A stretch of 64,000 nt of DNA, from NCBI RefSeq assembly GCF_009834535.1, contig NC_045697.1:68388001-68452000 (forward strand), in the 5' to 3' direction. Below, one piece after another: positions 63,912-64,000 of this stretch. The position numbers and the translations under genes were made by a program. This stretch comes from Camelus ferus (taxonomy: Eukaryota). Numbering within the stretch: the first letter of the stretch is position 1; each line of letters starts with the position of its first letter. The notes beneath the pieces were generated by a model. That model saw only the letters and a list, made by a program, of their open reading frames with translations. It ran no database searches and was not told the DNA's origin.

Positions 63912-64000
63912 GCCAAAATAGAAAAAAAATGTTATTCAATACAGTGCTCTCTGTCAAATGATCTAATCACAAATGAATAACATTCATGTGAAATTGTAAA

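Overview
AT-rich, gene-poor mammalian DNA made largely of transposable-element remnants. It is probably camelid (alpaca/llama/camel), inferred from a vic-1-like tRNA-derived SINE and the 3' UTR style of the youngest L1. I can support no host coding exon, RNA gene or CpG island, and every recognisable ORF in the track is an L1 fragment or its antisense shadow. The window holds one young 5'-truncated L1 (1762-5475, disrupted ORF2, TSD), an older L1 with 5' UTR, ORF1 and part of ORF2 (~33360-37480), several short or old L1s, many MaLR/ERV LTRs, L2, MIR, hAT MITEs and microsatellites. I found no evidence of a novel multi-gene system. The most interesting signals are small mutational or structural events: a 93-bp locally templated insertion copied from ~2.15 kb away; a tailless, doubly truncated L1 fragment with a perfect 15-bp TSD; an orphan A-tailed 76-bp retro-insert; a perfect 22-bp inverted repeat; a YADD (not FADD) RT motif in the young L1; and a strong CTCF-like site. 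Repeat family names come from recalled consensus sequences, not a database search. Boundaries of old repeats are approximate.
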